Translations under genes and position numbers: made by a program
Part shown: piece after piece, positions 1-9,345 of the stretch
Numbering within the stretch: position 1 is the first letter of the stretch
How the letters are laid out: each line of letters begins with the position of its first letter
Source of the DNA: Pseudomonadota bacterium
Lineage (GTDB): Bacteria > Desulfobacterota > Desulfovibrionia > Desulfovibrionales > Desulfovibrionaceae
DNA: 64,000 nt
Direction: 5' to 3'
Assembly (NCBI GenBank): GCA_018817515.1
Contig: JAHIUD010000044.1
Location: 7,031 to 71,030 of the forward strand
The notes under the pieces: model-generated
The model's input: the letters and a program-made list of their open reading frames with translations, nothing else
Database searches by the model: none
Told to the model about the DNA's origin: nothing

Positions 1-620
1 GCGCCGTGGAGCAGAAGCAGTCCGAGCGCGTGGGCGGTAATAAGCCTCTGCACTTCGACGTGCGCATCATCGCCGCCACCAACGTGGACTTGGCCCGGCG
101 CGTGGCCGACAAGGCTTTCCGCGAGGACCTGTACTATCGTCTGAACGTGGCCGCCATCCACCTGCCCGCCCTGCGCGAGCGCAAGGAAGACATCCCGCTC
201 CTGGCCGCGCATTTCGTGCGCCAGTTCAACGAACGCACCGGCGCGGACATTCCGCCTCCGGGCCAGGCCGCTCTGGACAGGCTCATGGCTCAGAGCTGGC
301 CGGGCAATGTGCGCCAGTTCGCCAACGTGGTGGAGCGCGCGGCCATCTTCAGCCGCTCGGGCACCATCACCGCCGCCGATGTGGAACTGGCCCTGGCCGA
401 GGGCGCGCAGGTGCTCACCGCAGGCACGGACGGCCAGCCCCTGTCCCTGCGCCTGACCTTGAACGAGGTGGAGCGCAGCCTGATCCTGGCCGCCCTGCGC
501 CAGGCTGGCGGGGTGCAGACCCGCGCGGCCAAGGCCCTGGGCATCACCCCCACCAATCTCTGGAACAAGCTCCAGAAGCACGCCATCGACCCCTCAGAAC
601 TATTATCGCCGTCGTTGTAA
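1..620 (+). CDS. sigma-54-dependent transcriptional activator (enhancer-binding protein), C-terminal fragment; N-terminus outside window
   Basis: Frame is open to the window start. It shows the tail of the AAA+ sigma-54 interaction module (RIIAATNVDL, FREDLYYRLNV, LRERKEDIPLL, WPGNVRQ), then a Fis-type HTH (QTRAAKALGITPTNLWNKLQKH). Confidence 0.9.
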   Translation, partial: AVEQKQSERVGGNKPLHFDVRIIAATNVDLARRVADKAFREDLYYRLNVAAIHLPALRERKEDIPLLAAHFVRQFNERTGADIPPPGQAALDRLMAQSWPGNVRQFANVVERAAIFSRSGTITAADVELALAEGAQVLTAGTDGQPLSLRLTLNEVERSLILAALRQAGGVQTRAAKALGITPTNLWNKLQKHAIDPSELLSPSL

Positions 621-622
621 TT

Positions 623-639
623 ATCCATTATTTATGGAT
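623..639. promoter_or_regulatory. AT-rich inverted repeat ATCCA-N7-TGGAT; a related TAATGGAT half-site recurs at 786..793
   Basis: Read directly: atccattatttatggat. It lies in the only strongly AT-rich stretch upstream of the pilin promoter, so it is a candidate UAS/IHF-type site. Confidence 0.25.
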
Positions 640-915
640 TGACATGTTTTTGCGAGGGTATAGTACACGAATCATGTATTTATTGTAATGAGCCAATTAT
701 ACAGGATTATTTAGTTGAATCGCTCCTTTCTGTCTGCCCGTGTCTTGTTCTGGGGTATGGGGCGCGTGCAGACACCCACCACAAATAATGGATTTTTGCT
801 CTCTAGGGTTCTCCCTCTATAGCTCTGTCTTGGGACCGAATCATCGTTCGTAATGCGCTATGATGTTGCGCTATATTTTGTGCGCCACGCTGTTTCTCGC
901 AGTTTGGCTCAGAGC

Positions 916-931
916 TGGCACGCCTGTTGCT
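916..931 (+). promoter_or_regulatory. sigma-54 (RpoN) -24/-12 promoter for the flp pilin gene
   Basis: TGGCACGCCTGTTGCT matches TGGCACG-N4-TTGCW at every conserved position. It lies about 69 nt upstream of the flp ATG and downstream of a sigma-54 activator gene. Confidence 0.75.
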
Positions 932-999
932 CAATGGGAGATCAGGAATCGGTCGCTGGACCGCAACAAACATCGAAACACAAACCCCAGGAGGACACC

Positions 1000-1164
1000 A
1001 TGTTGACCAGACTGCTGCAGCTGACCCGTGACGACGAAGGCGCAACCGCTCTTGAGTATGGACTGATCGCCGCCCTCATCGCCGGCGTCATCGTGATCTC
1101 TGTCACCGCCCTGGGCGGCAAGGTGTCGACCACCTTCGACACCATCACCAAGGCCATGCCGTAA
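1000..1164 (+). CDS. flp: Flp family type IVb pilin (prepilin)
   Basis: Internal ATG of ORF 853..1164, preceded by GGAGGA. The 54-aa product has the Flp motif G/ATALEYGLIAALIAGVIV. Confidence 0.88.
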   Translation: MLTRLLQLTRDDEGATALEYGLIAALIAGVIVISVTALGGKVSTTFDTITKAMP

Positions 1165-1245
1165 ACGAGACCGGTCACTCACCGCCACGGAGAGAGTCCA
1201 GTCCAAGACAAGAACTCGGCACAGCAGGCGGGCGAACCGCCGGAA

Positions 1246-1287
1246 CCGGACGGGGAGCGTGGGACCAAGCGCCACGCCCCCGTCCGG
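1246..1287 (+). terminator. strong GC hairpin after the pilin gene (attenuator or mRNA stabiliser; no clear U-tract)
   Basis: ccggacgggg-a-gcgtgg / loop gaccaagcg / ccacgc-ccccgtccgg gives a 16-bp stem with a one-nt bulge. Confidence 0.4.
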
Positions 1288-1374
1288 ACCCAGCCCCCCC
1301 CGAAAGCCGACACGAATCCGGTACGGAATCAAGACACGAAACAGGTCACGTAACAGGACACGAGGGAGAGCGCT

Positions 1375-1929
1375 ATGGACCCCATCATTTTCGCAACAGT
1401 CGCCCTCTCCCTGGCCGTGGCCACCGTCATCGACCTGCGCTGTCAGCGCATCCCCAATGCCCTCACCATTCCCACCGCCCTTGCGGCGTTGGCCTACCAC
1501 CTGCTGATCCAGGGGCCTGACGGCCTCTGGGCCAGTCTTTCCGGGCTCGGCCTAGGCCTTGGCCTCATGCTCGCGCCCTATCTTTTCCGGGTCATGGGCG
1601 GCGGCGACGTCAAGCTCATGGCCGCAGTAGGCGCCTGGGTCGGCCCGCAAATCGTGCTGGTGGCCTTCTTGCTGACCAGCCTGGCTGGCGGCCTGTATGC
1701 CCTGGTGGTGCTTGCCGGGCGCTCGGACGCACTGCGCAGCACGTTCGCGCGCCTGCGTCCGGCCCTGTACGCCGCCTGCGCCACCGGTGAATTCCACTAC
1801 CAGCCCGCGCCGGCATCTTCGATGGGAACCGCCGGTCTGCCGAAGCTCTGCTACGGCCTGGCCATCGCCGCGGGAACCCTGGCCGCCATGCTTCGCGCCG
1901 TGTCCAGCTCCGGCTGGCTGGTCGGGTAG
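1375..1929 (+). CDS. cpaA: prepilin peptidase CpaA/TadV (A24 aspartic peptidase)
   Basis: Polytopic membrane protein with VIDLRCQRIPN and GGGDVKLMAAVGAWVG motifs. RBS GGGAGAG. Confidence 0.85.
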   Translation: MDPIIFATVALSLAVATVIDLRCQRIPNALTIPTALAALAYHLLIQGPDGLWASLSGLGLGLGLMLAPYLFRVMGGGDVKLMAAVGAWVGPQIVLVAFLLTSLAGGLYALVVLAGRSDALRSTFARLRPALYAACATGEFHYQPAPASSMGTAGLPKLCYGLAIAAGTLAAMLRAVSSSGWLVG

Positions 1930-1937
1930 GGGGCCTT

Positions 1938-2738
1938 ATGAGCGGCTCGCTCAAGTCAATCATCCAACTGGGGCTGGCCCTGCTGCTCGCGCTTTGCGCG
2001 GGCGTTCTCGTCTTCCAGTGGCTGCAGGCCAAGTCCACTGCCGGTCGCGGCCTGGCCGTGAAGACCGCCCCCCTGGTGGTGGCCTCGCGCGAGCTGCCCG
2101 CCGGAACCAAGCTGGCCCCGGACATGCTGCGCATCCAGAACTATCCCGAGGCCATGATGCCCGCCCAGCGGTACGCCACGGTCAAGGAGGTCGAGGGCCG
2201 CATCCTGGCCTCGAGCATGTCGGCCAATGAGCCCCTGACGCCGTCGCGCCTGGCGGGCGAGGCCGCCGCCGGGGGCATCAGCGCGGTCATCACCCACGGC
2301 AAGCGCGCCATGGCCGTCAAGGGCAACAAGGTAATGGGCCTGGCCGGCCTGATCCGCCCGGGCAACATGGTCGACGTGCTGGTGACCCTGGCCCAGGACA
2401 ACGATGCCTCCAAGACCATGACCAAGGTGGTGCTGGAGAACGTGCCCGTGCTGTCCGCCGGTTCGCAGCTGGCCGTGGGCGCGGACGAGGCCGCGCAGGT
2501 GGCGGACATCTACACCCTGGAATTGACCCCGCAGGAGAGCGAGAAGGTGGCCTTGGCCTCTACTCAGGGAACTTTGCACTTCGCCCTGCGCAATGCCTCC
2601 GATACCGAGACCGTGCTCACCGAGGGCGCCAACGCCCGCACGGCCCTGGCCTCCTACCGCACCCAGCGCGTGGCGCGCGGCCCTGGCACCTCCGTTGAAA
2701 TCATCACCGGCTCCAAGCGCAGCCAGGTGACGTTCTAA
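1938..2738 (+). CDS. cpaB: Flp pilus assembly protein CpaB/RcpC
   Basis: N-terminal TM segment followed by a SAF-like/RcpC-type region. Position between cpaA and the secretin supports the call. Confidence 0.82.
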   Translation: MSGSLKSIIQLGLALLLALCAGVLVFQWLQAKSTAGRGLAVKTAPLVVASRELPAGTKLAPDMLRIQNYPEAMMPAQRYATVKEVEGRILASSMSANEPLTPSRLAGEAAAGGISAVITHGKRAMAVKGNKVMGLAGLIRPGNMVDVLVTLAQDNDASKTMTKVVLENVPVLSAGSQLAVGADEAAQVADIYTLELTPQESEKVALASTQGTLHFALRNASDTETVLTEGANARTALASYRTQRVARGPGTSVEIITGSKRSQVTF

Positions 2739-2754
2739 CCAAGGCAGGTCTCCC

Positions 2755-4245
2755 ATGCGCGCCGCTCAAACTTTCCGCACCGCCCTCGCCAGCCTGGCGC
2801 TGCTGCTTTTGGCCCTGTCGTCGTCGACCCCGGCCCAGGCCCAGCCCCGCCAGCCCCAGCAGGCCGTGCCCAATGTCACCGTATCCCATGCCCCGCAGGC
2901 CCTGGAGCTGGCCGTGGGCCGCTCCATCATCGTCAACAGCGACCAGGACATCCGGCGCATCTCGCTCGCCGCGCCGGACACCGCCGATGTGCTCCTGCTC
3001 TCCCCGCGCCAGGTGTACCTGACCGGCAAGGCCCCCGGCGCCACCAACCTGACCCTTTGGGGCGCGGGCGAGGCCGTCATGGCCATCTTTGACCTGGACG
3101 TGTCCCCGGACCAGACCCAGCTCAAGCGCATGCTCGCCAGCGTTCTGCCCAACGAGCGCGGCATCCGCGTGGTCTCAAGCGGCAAGACCATCCTGCTCAC
3201 CGGCAGCGTGTCCAGCGCGCCCAGCCTGGCCACGGCCCTGTCCCTGGCCGAGACCTTCGCCCCGGGCAAGGTCCAGAACTTGCTCAGCGTGGGCGGTGTG
3301 CAGCAGGTCATGCTGGAGGTGCGCGTGGCCGAGATGAGCCGAAACGTGCTGCAACGCCTAGGCATTGACTTCAATCTACTTGCCGGCGGCAATATCGTGC
3401 AGTCACTGCTCGGCCAGTTCACGACAGAAGCCTCGGACGGAAAGATCTCGCCGACGAAGAGTGTGGGCGCCATCGTGAAGCCAAACCTGGGCGGGGGAAA
3501 TATCCTGAATGCTTACATCGACGCCCTTAAGGAAAACGGGCTCGTGAAGGTGCTGGCCGAGCCGAACCTCATCTGCATCTCGGGCAAGAGCGCCAGCTTC
3601 CTGGCCGGTGGCGAGATCCCCATCCCCATCCCGCAGGCGCTGGGCACCGTGGCCATCGAGTACAAGCCCTTCGGCGTGGGCCTCAATTTCACGCCCATGG
3701 TGCTGGACTCCGGGCGCATCAGCATCCAGGTGAATCCTGAGGTCTCCGAGCTCGATTACTCGCTTGGCGTGACCATCAACAGCTGGCAGATCCCGGGCCT
3801 GACCACCCGCCGGGCCAGCACCACGGTGGAGCTGGCCAGCGGCCAGAGCTTCGCCATCGCCGGGCTCATCAAGGACTCCACGCGCGAGAGCATCAAGAAG
3901 TTCCCCGGCCTGGGTGACCTGCCCGTGCTGGGCGCGCTGTTTCGCAGCAGCGAGTTCCGCAAGAACGAGACGGAGCTTGTGATCATCGTGACCCCGCACC
4001 TGGTGAAGCCGCTGGACATGGCCAAGCAGACCCTGCCCACCGACGGCTTCAAGGAGCCCACGCCCTACGAATTTTTCGTCACCGGCCAGCTGGAGGGCAA
4101 GCCCGGCGCGGCACGTCCGTCTCAGACCAGCCCGTCTCAGGCCAGTCCTTTGTCCCAGACCCCCGGCCAGGGGCGTGAAGGCAGGCCCACGGGGTCCGCC
4201 GGTTTCGATGGTCCCTTTGGCGCGGCCCTGCCCGCAGGCGAATAG
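2755..4245 (+). CDS. cpaC: Tad secretin CpaC/RcpA (type II/III secretion secretin family)
   Basis: Signal peptide, BON-like N-domain, and secretin core (LAEPNLICISGKSASFLAGGEIPIP, GLTTRRASTTVEL, PGLGDLPVLGALFRS, ELVIIVTPHLV). Confidence 0.92.
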   Translation: MRAAQTFRTALASLALLLLALSSSTPAQAQPRQPQQAVPNVTVSHAPQALELAVGRSIIVNSDQDIRRISLAAPDTADVLLLSPRQVYLTGKAPGATNLTLWGAGEAVMAIFDLDVSPDQTQLKRMLASVLPNERGIRVVSSGKTILLTGSVSSAPSLATALSLAETFAPGKVQNLLSVGGVQQVMLEVRVAEMSRNVLQRLGIDFNLLAGGNIVQSLLGQFTTEASDGKISPTKSVGAIVKPNLGGGNILNAYIDALKENGLVKVLAEPNLICISGKSASFLAGGEIPIPIPQALGTVAIEYKPFGVGLNFTPMVLDSGRISIQVNPEVSELDYSLGVTINSWQIPGLTTRRASTTVELASGQSFAIAGLIKDSTRESIKKFPGLGDLPVLGALFRSSEFRKNETELVIIVTPHLVKPLDMAKQTLPTDGFKEPTPYEFFVTGQLEGKPGAARPSQTSPSQASPLSQTPGQGREGRPTGSAGFDGPFGAALPAGE

Positions 4246-4257
4246 GAGAAGGACACC

Positions 4258-4557
4258 ATGAACGCCCGCACCCTGACCTTCATCGCCGCGCTGTCGGCCC
4301 TGGCTCTGCTTTCGGGCTGCGGCATGGAGCCGACCCGTCCGGCCCTGGACGCCACCTGGGGCATGTCCGTGCGCATGGCCGTGGAGAATCAGAAGCTTGA
4401 TCCGACCCCTGCCAGCGACCGTGCCGTGGTCGGCCTGGACGGGGTCTACGCCAGGAACGCCCTGGAAGCCTATCGCAAGAGTTCGGACCCTGAATCCAAG
4501 GACAGCAAGGACAAGCTGCCCGATGCCATCCTCTTCACCAAGAAGGAGGGAAAGTGA
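4258..4557 (+). CDS. small lipoprotein of the tad locus (possibly DUF3613-like)
   Basis: Lipobox LLSGC. RBS GGAGAAGG. Stop overlaps the next start. Family assignment is tentative. Confidence 0.6.
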   Translation: MNARTLTFIAALSALALLSGCGMEPTRPALDATWGMSVRMAVENQKLDPTPASDRAVVGLDGVYARNALEAYRKSSDPESKDSKDKLPDAILFTKKEGK

Positions 4558-4964
4558 TGAATGCTCCCCAACGAAACAGACGCGCCAGGGGCCAGCGGGG
4601 AGGGATCTCCGTGGAGGCCGCGCTGCTATTGCCCATCTTCATGCTGCTGCTGCTGGCCTTTGTGGATTTCGGCCGGCTCATGTGGACCCAGACCGTGGTC
4701 AACTCCGCTGCGGCTGAGGCCGCGCGCCTGGCCGTGCTGCCCGAGCCCAGCGATGCGCAGGTGGCCGACCTGGCCACCAAGCGTGTGCTGGACGGCGGCA
4801 TCAAGACCTTGCCTTCGGTGTCTGTGGGCGCCCGCAGCGCCAACACCCCGGTGTCCGTCACCGTGAGCGTGGCCTTCGATTTCCTGGTCCTGGCCGACTT
4901 GGCCCCGGAGATCCTGGCCCACAGGGTGCTTTCCTCCACTTCCGTCATGGTTCACCAACCCTAG
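4554..4964 (+). CDS. TadE-like pseudopilin
   Basis: N-terminal TadE motif GGISVEAALLLPIFMLLLLAFVDFGR. ATGA-type overlap with the upstream gene. Confidence 0.8.
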   Translation: MMNAPQRNRRARGQRGGISVEAALLLPIFMLLLLAFVDFGRLMWTQTVVNSAAAEAARLAVLPEPSDAQVADLATKRVLDGGIKTLPSVSVGARSANTPVSVTVSVAFDFLVLADLAPEILAHRVLSSTSVMVHQP

Positions 4965-4974
4965 GGAGGACGCC

Positions 4975-5364
4975 ATGGACACCAAGAACAAGCGCGAGAA
5001 GGGTTCCGCAACGTTGGAGTTCGGCCTGGCAGTGGCCCTGGTGCTGGCACCGATGCTGCTCGGCCTGGTCGACTTCGGCCGCTACCTGGACGTGAGCCAC
5101 ACGGTGTCGCGCGCAGCCCACGAGGGCGTGTTCGAGGCCTCGCGCGGGCACGACCCGTTGTTCAGCGTGCAGAACTACGTGCAAAGCTCCGGGCTCGATC
5201 CGGCCAAGGTCAGCGTGAGCCTGACCCCGCCCCTGGACGGCTCCACGCGCGGCCAGGCCATGCAGATCACCGTTTCCTACAATCTCTCCGGCTATGCCCT
5301 GGCCACCTGGGGAGGTCTCTTTCCGGAGGCCTTCTCCACCAAGGCCACGGCGCGGCGCGAGTGA
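4975..5364 (+). CDS. TadE-like pseudopilin (second copy)
   Basis: GSATLEFGLAVALVLAPMLLGLVDFGR. RBS GGGAGGA. Confidence 0.8.
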   Translation: MDTKNKREKGSATLEFGLAVALVLAPMLLGLVDFGRYLDVSHTVSRAAHEGVFEASRGHDPLFSVQNYVQSSGLDPAKVSVSLTPPLDGSTRGQAMQITVSYNLSGYALATWGGLFPEAFSTKATARRE

Positions 5365-5377
5365 GCGGGAGGACATC

Positions 5378-6565
5378 ATGAACACCACCACTGCGCGATC
5401 CCTGTACGCCAATGAGCGCGGCTCCGTGGGCCTGGTCCTGGCCCTGGTCATGGCCACCCTGGCGGGCGTCGCCGCTCTGGCCCTGGACCTTGGAGCCATG
5501 CACGTGCGCCGCAGCAGCCTGCAGACCTCCGCCGACTCCGCGGCCCTGGCCGGGGCGAATGCGATCATTTCCTACGGCTCGGACCTGACCAAGGTGCGCA
5601 CCGTCATCCTGGACTTCGCCAAGGCCAACCTGGACGGCCAGGACCAGCCCGACACCGCTGTGCAGGCCTCGGACATCGTTTTCTACAAGAACGGCGTGCC
5701 GGACACCACCTCGCCCAACCAGGTGGAGGTGACGGTGCGCCGGGCCCAGGTGCGCGGCAACCCCATGGAGCTGTTCTTCGGCAAGGCGGTGAACGTGAAC
5801 TCCGCCGACATCTCGGCCAAGGCGCGCGCAGGCGTGGTGACCGCCGACTCCAGCCGGAACCTCAAGCCTTGGAGCGTGGCCACCAAGTTCACCTGGAACG
5901 ACTACGCGGACTGTCGCTACAGCGGCAACTACGGCAACGGCGTGCTCGACGTGGACAGCGCCAAGGAGATGGCCTCCGTGGTGGTGCAGGGCTATGGCAC
6001 GGCGGATCTGGGCGTGAAGGTCGTGCTCAAGGTCGGCGACCCCCACGACGTCATCGTGCCCAGCCAGTATAACGCCATCGACTACCCGCCGCTGAACAAG
6101 GGCGTGCCGGTGGTGGGCGCCGCGGAATATCGCGAGAACATCGACGGCAGCGGCGGCTCCAACGTGGTGCTCGTGGAGCCCGGCGACCAGCTCCAGACCG
6201 AGCCGGGCGACAAGCTTGGCCCCACCAAGCAGGGCGTGCAGAACCTCATCGCCCAGGACCCCGGTGCCTACTGGGACGCGGGCACCCGGTCCATCAAGGG
6301 CAGCGCCTACAAGGACCCGCTCTTGAGCCCGCGCGTGGCCATCATCCCCTTCTACGACCCGCGCTTCCCGCCGGTCTCCGGCCGCAGCTACGTCACCGTG
6401 GTGCACCTGGGCGCGGTGTTCATCGAGGGCATCGACTGCAAGACCAACGTCACCGGCCGGTACATCACCACCGTGCCCGTTATGCCCAAGGGCGCCGACA
6501 GCGGCAACGGCATGCTCGCCGTGGCCAGGCTCATCCAGGACTCCAGCCGGGGCGCCAGCAACTAG
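5378..6565 (+). CDS. TadG-like protein (Tad_N / putative Flp pilus-assembly)
   Basis: Internal ATG at 5378 with RBS GGGAGGA. N-terminus ERGSVGLVLALVMATLAGVAALALDLGAMHVRRSSLQTSADSAALAGA. Confidence 0.75.
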   Translation: MNTTTARSLYANERGSVGLVLALVMATLAGVAALALDLGAMHVRRSSLQTSADSAALAGANAIISYGSDLTKVRTVILDFAKANLDGQDQPDTAVQASDIVFYKNGVPDTTSPNQVEVTVRRAQVRGNPMELFFGKAVNVNSADISAKARAGVVTADSSRNLKPWSVATKFTWNDYADCRYSGNYGNGVLDVDSAKEMASVVVQGYGTADLGVKVVLKVGDPHDVIVPSQYNAIDYPPLNKGVPVVGAAEYRENIDGSGGSNVVLVEPGDQLQTEPGDKLGPTKQGVQNLIAQDPGAYWDAGTRSIKGSAYKDPLLSPRVAIIPFYDPRFPPVSGRSYVTVVHLGAVFIEGIDCKTNVTGRYITTVPVMPKGADSGNGMLAVARLIQDSSRGASN

Positions 6566-6606
6566 GAACAGGTCCAGGACCAAGTGAAGCAGCCAGGAGA
6601 CGCGCC

Positions 6607-7854
6607 ATGAACAGCCGGAAGATCACCGTCACAGTGGAAGCCGTGCTGGAGCCGCGCCGCGAGGAAATGCTCCTGGCCCTGGCCGCCCTGGAAGGGGTCG
6701 CGGTCCTGCCGGACGCCGCCGCGCGTCATTCTGATTTACCCGATTTGTCTGGCCTGGCCGACTTGATCATTCTGGCCCTGGGCACGGACCCCGCAGCGGA
6801 CATGGCCCTGGCGGCGTTGTTGTCTGGGCCGGTGGTGCTGGTCGGGTCCGCTCCTGCCCCGGAGCTGCTGCTCTCGGCCATGCGCGCGGGCATCACCGAA
6901 TACCTGGCCGAGCCCATTGTCGAGGCCGAGTTGCAGGCTGCCCTGGAGCGTATGCAGGAGCGCCGCCGCCCGCTCATGGCCTGGACTCCCTCTGTGGCTC
7001 AACCCCAGCCTCAGGGCCAGGGCGGACGCATCGTGCTGGTGCTGGGCGCCAAGGGCGGCATCGGCACCACCACCATGGCCGTGAATCTGGCCGACGCGCT
7101 GACCCGCCAGGGCTCCGGCCGTACGGCGCTTCTGGACCTGGCCCAGCCCCAGGGCGAGACCCCCATCTTCCTGGACCTGGAGCACGCGTACACCTGGGCC
7201 GACGTGGCCGCCAACATCGACCGCCTGGACGCAACCTATCTGGAGAGCGTCATGGCCCGGCACCATTCCGGGCTGGCCGTGCTGCCCGCGCCGGACTACA
7301 GCGCCGAGGCCTGCCTGGACCCCGCTGTGCTGCGCCAGATCCTGGAGCTGCTGCGCCGCGGCTACGCCCAGGTGGTCATAGACGGAGGCACCGGTCAGGG
7401 CGAGGCCACCCTGGAGGCCCTGGACATGGCCGACGACGTGCTGCTGGTCATGGATCTTTCACTGCCGTGCCTGGCGCGGGCCAAGCGTTTTCTGGAGGCG
7501 GTGCGGGCCACGCAGCCGCACCTGCTGCCGCGCCTGCGCCTAGTGGCCAACCGCAAGACCTCGGAGTCCGACATCGGCACGGCCGAGGCCGAGGGCATCC
7601 TGCAGCAGCCCATCGCCTGGGCCGTGGTCAACGACTACCAGGCTGCGCTTTCGGCCATCAACCAGGGCAAGACCCTGGCCGAGGCCGACCCCCGTTCGGC
7701 CATGGCCAAGGGCTTGGCCGCCATGGCCCGGGGCCTGTGCCGCGAGGTGCCAACCCCGGCAGGCAAGGCCGCCCAGGCCAGGGCCTCGGGTTCGCTTTGG
7801 GCGCGCCTGCGCAACTCTCCGCTCGGCCTCTCCCTGGCCCAGCGCAGCGCGTGA
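6607..7854 (+). CDS. cpaE: CpaE/TadZ: atypical receiver-like N-domain plus MinD/ParA-type ATPase
   Basis: Deviant Walker A GAKGGIGTTTMAVNLA, and position immediately before the CpaF ATPase. Confidence 0.85.
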   Translation: MNSRKITVTVEAVLEPRREEMLLALAALEGVAVLPDAAARHSDLPDLSGLADLIILALGTDPAADMALAALLSGPVVLVGSAPAPELLLSAMRAGITEYLAEPIVEAELQAALERMQERRRPLMAWTPSVAQPQPQGQGGRIVLVLGAKGGIGTTTMAVNLADALTRQGSGRTALLDLAQPQGETPIFLDLEHAYTWADVAANIDRLDATYLESVMARHHSGLAVLPAPDYSAEACLDPAVLRQILELLRRGYAQVVIDGGTGQGEATLEALDMADDVLLVMDLSLPCLARAKRFLEAVRATQPHLLPRLRLVANRKTSESDIGTAEAEGILQQPIAWAVVNDYQAALSAINQGKTLAEADPRSAMAKGLAAMARGLCREVPTPAGKAAQARASGSLWARLRNSPLGLSLAQRSA

Positions 7855-7862
7855 GGTGACCC

Positions 7863-9335
7863 ATGGATCTTGCCGCACGACTGCAAAAGACCGCGCCGAG
7901 GCCGTCCGCACTGGGGGCTCCCGCGTCGAGGGCCCCCGACCACGGTACAAGCGCCCCGGCCCTGCGTCCCTCCCTGGGCTCGCGTCTCGTCGCGCCTGGA
8001 GCCGAGGGGGCGGTTGGCGACAAGGGCGAGCGGGCCAAGGCCGAACATGTCCGGAGCGACCAGTACCACGAGATCAAGAACAGCATCCACGACCGGCTCA
8101 TCGATGTGCTGGACCTCGCGCTCCTGGACGCCCTGCCCAGGGAGGAGATGCGCCAGGAGATCAACCGCGTGGTGGAGCGCATCCTGCGCGAGGACTTCGC
8201 CCAGGCCCCGCTGAACCTAAGCGAGCGCAAGAGCCTCTTGGGCGAGATCGAGGACGAGGTGCTGGGCCTGGGGCCGCTTGAGCCCTATGTCAAGGACCCC
8301 ACGGTCAACGACATCCTGGTCAACGGCTACCGCAACATCTACGTGGAGCGAAAGGGCATCCTGGAGCTCACCCCGGCCCGGTTCAAGGACGACGACCACC
8401 TGCGCAAGATCATCGACCGCATCGTCTCCCGCGTGGGCAGGCGCGTGGACGAGTCCTCGCCCATGGTCGACGCGCGCCTGGCCGACGGCTCCCGCGTGAA
8501 CGCCATCATCCCGCCGCTGGCCATCGATGGCCCCTCGCTGTCCATCCGCAAGTTTTCCAAGGACCCGCTGGAGCTGGACGACCTGATCCGCTTCGGCGCG
8601 CTGCCCCCGGAGATCGGCACGGTACTCATGGGCATCGTGCAGTGCAGCCTGAACGTGCTCATCTCCGGCGGCACGGGCTCGGGCAAGACCACCATGCTGA
8701 ACGTGCTCTCGCGCTTCATCCCCGAGGAGGAGCGCATCGTGACCATCGAGGACGCCGCGGAGCTGCAGCTCAAGCAGGCCCACGTGGTACGCCTGGAGAC
8801 CAGGCCCATGAACATCGAGGGCCGGGGCGAGGTGACCCAGCGCGAGCTGGTGAAGAACTGCCTGCGCATGCGCCCGGACCGCATCATCATCGGCGAGGTG
8901 CGCGGGGCCGAGGCGCTGGACATGCTTCAGGCCATGAACACCGGCCACGACGGCTCCCTGGCCACCATCCACGCCAATACCCCGCGCGACGCCCTCATGC
9001 GCCTGGAGACCATGGTCGCCATGGCGGGCCTGAATATCTCCGACGTGTCGCTCAAGCGCTACGTCAGCTCGGCCATCGATGTCATCATCCAGGTCTCGCG
9101 CCTCATGGACGGCAGCCGCAAGCTCATCAGCTTCCAGGAGATCACCGGCATGGAGGGTGAGATGATCACCATGCAGGAGATCTTCGCCTTCGAGCAGACC
9201 GGCCTGGACGAGGGCGGCAAGGTCAAGGGACGCTTCGTGTCGCGCGGCATCCGGCCCAAGTTCTCCGAGCGCCTGGCGGCCCGGGGCGTGGCCCTGGACC
9301 AGCACCTTTTCGCCCCCATGAACGGGGCCGCCTGA
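7863..9335 (+). CDS. cpaF: CpaF/TadA secretion ATPase
   Basis: Walker [10 protein letters not shown], then [26 protein letters not shown] and [12 protein letters not shown]. Confidence 0.95.
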   Translation: MDLAARLQKTAPRPSALGAPASRAPDHGTSAPALRPSLGSRLVAPGAEGAVGDKGERAKAEHVRSDQYHEIKNSIHDRLIDVLDLALLDALPREEMRQEINRVVERILREDFAQAPLNLSERKSLLGEIEDEVLGLGPLEPYVKDPTVNDILVNGYRNIYVERKGILELTPARFKDDDHLRKIIDRIVSRVGRRVDESSPMVDARLADGSRVNAIIPPLAIDGPSLSIRKFSKDPLELDDLIRFGALPPEIGTVLMGIVQCSLNVLISGGTGSGKTTMLNVLSRFIPEEERIVTIEDAAELQLKQAHVVRLETRPMNIEGRGEVTQRELVKNCLRMRPDRIIIGEVRGAEALDMLQAMNTGHDGSLATIHANTPRDALMRLETMVAMAGLNISDVSLKRYVSSAIDVIIQVSRLMDGSRKLISFQEITGMEGEMITMQEIFAFEQTGLDEGGKVKGRFVSRGIRPKFSERLAARGVALDQHLFAPMNGAA

Positions 9336-9345
9336 GGAGGCTGCC

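Noticed and set aside
853-999. N-terminal 49-aa extension of the flp ORF
   Set aside because: The extension would cover the sigma-54 promoter itself. The internal ATG at 1000 has a GGAGGA RBS and yields a canonical-length Flp prepilin.
5267-6583. 438-aa minus-strand ORF antisense to the TadG-like gene
   Set aside because: It has Gly/Ala/His/Val-rich low-complexity composition typical of GC-rich shadow frames. It fully overlaps a well-supported plus-strand gene in a coupled operon.
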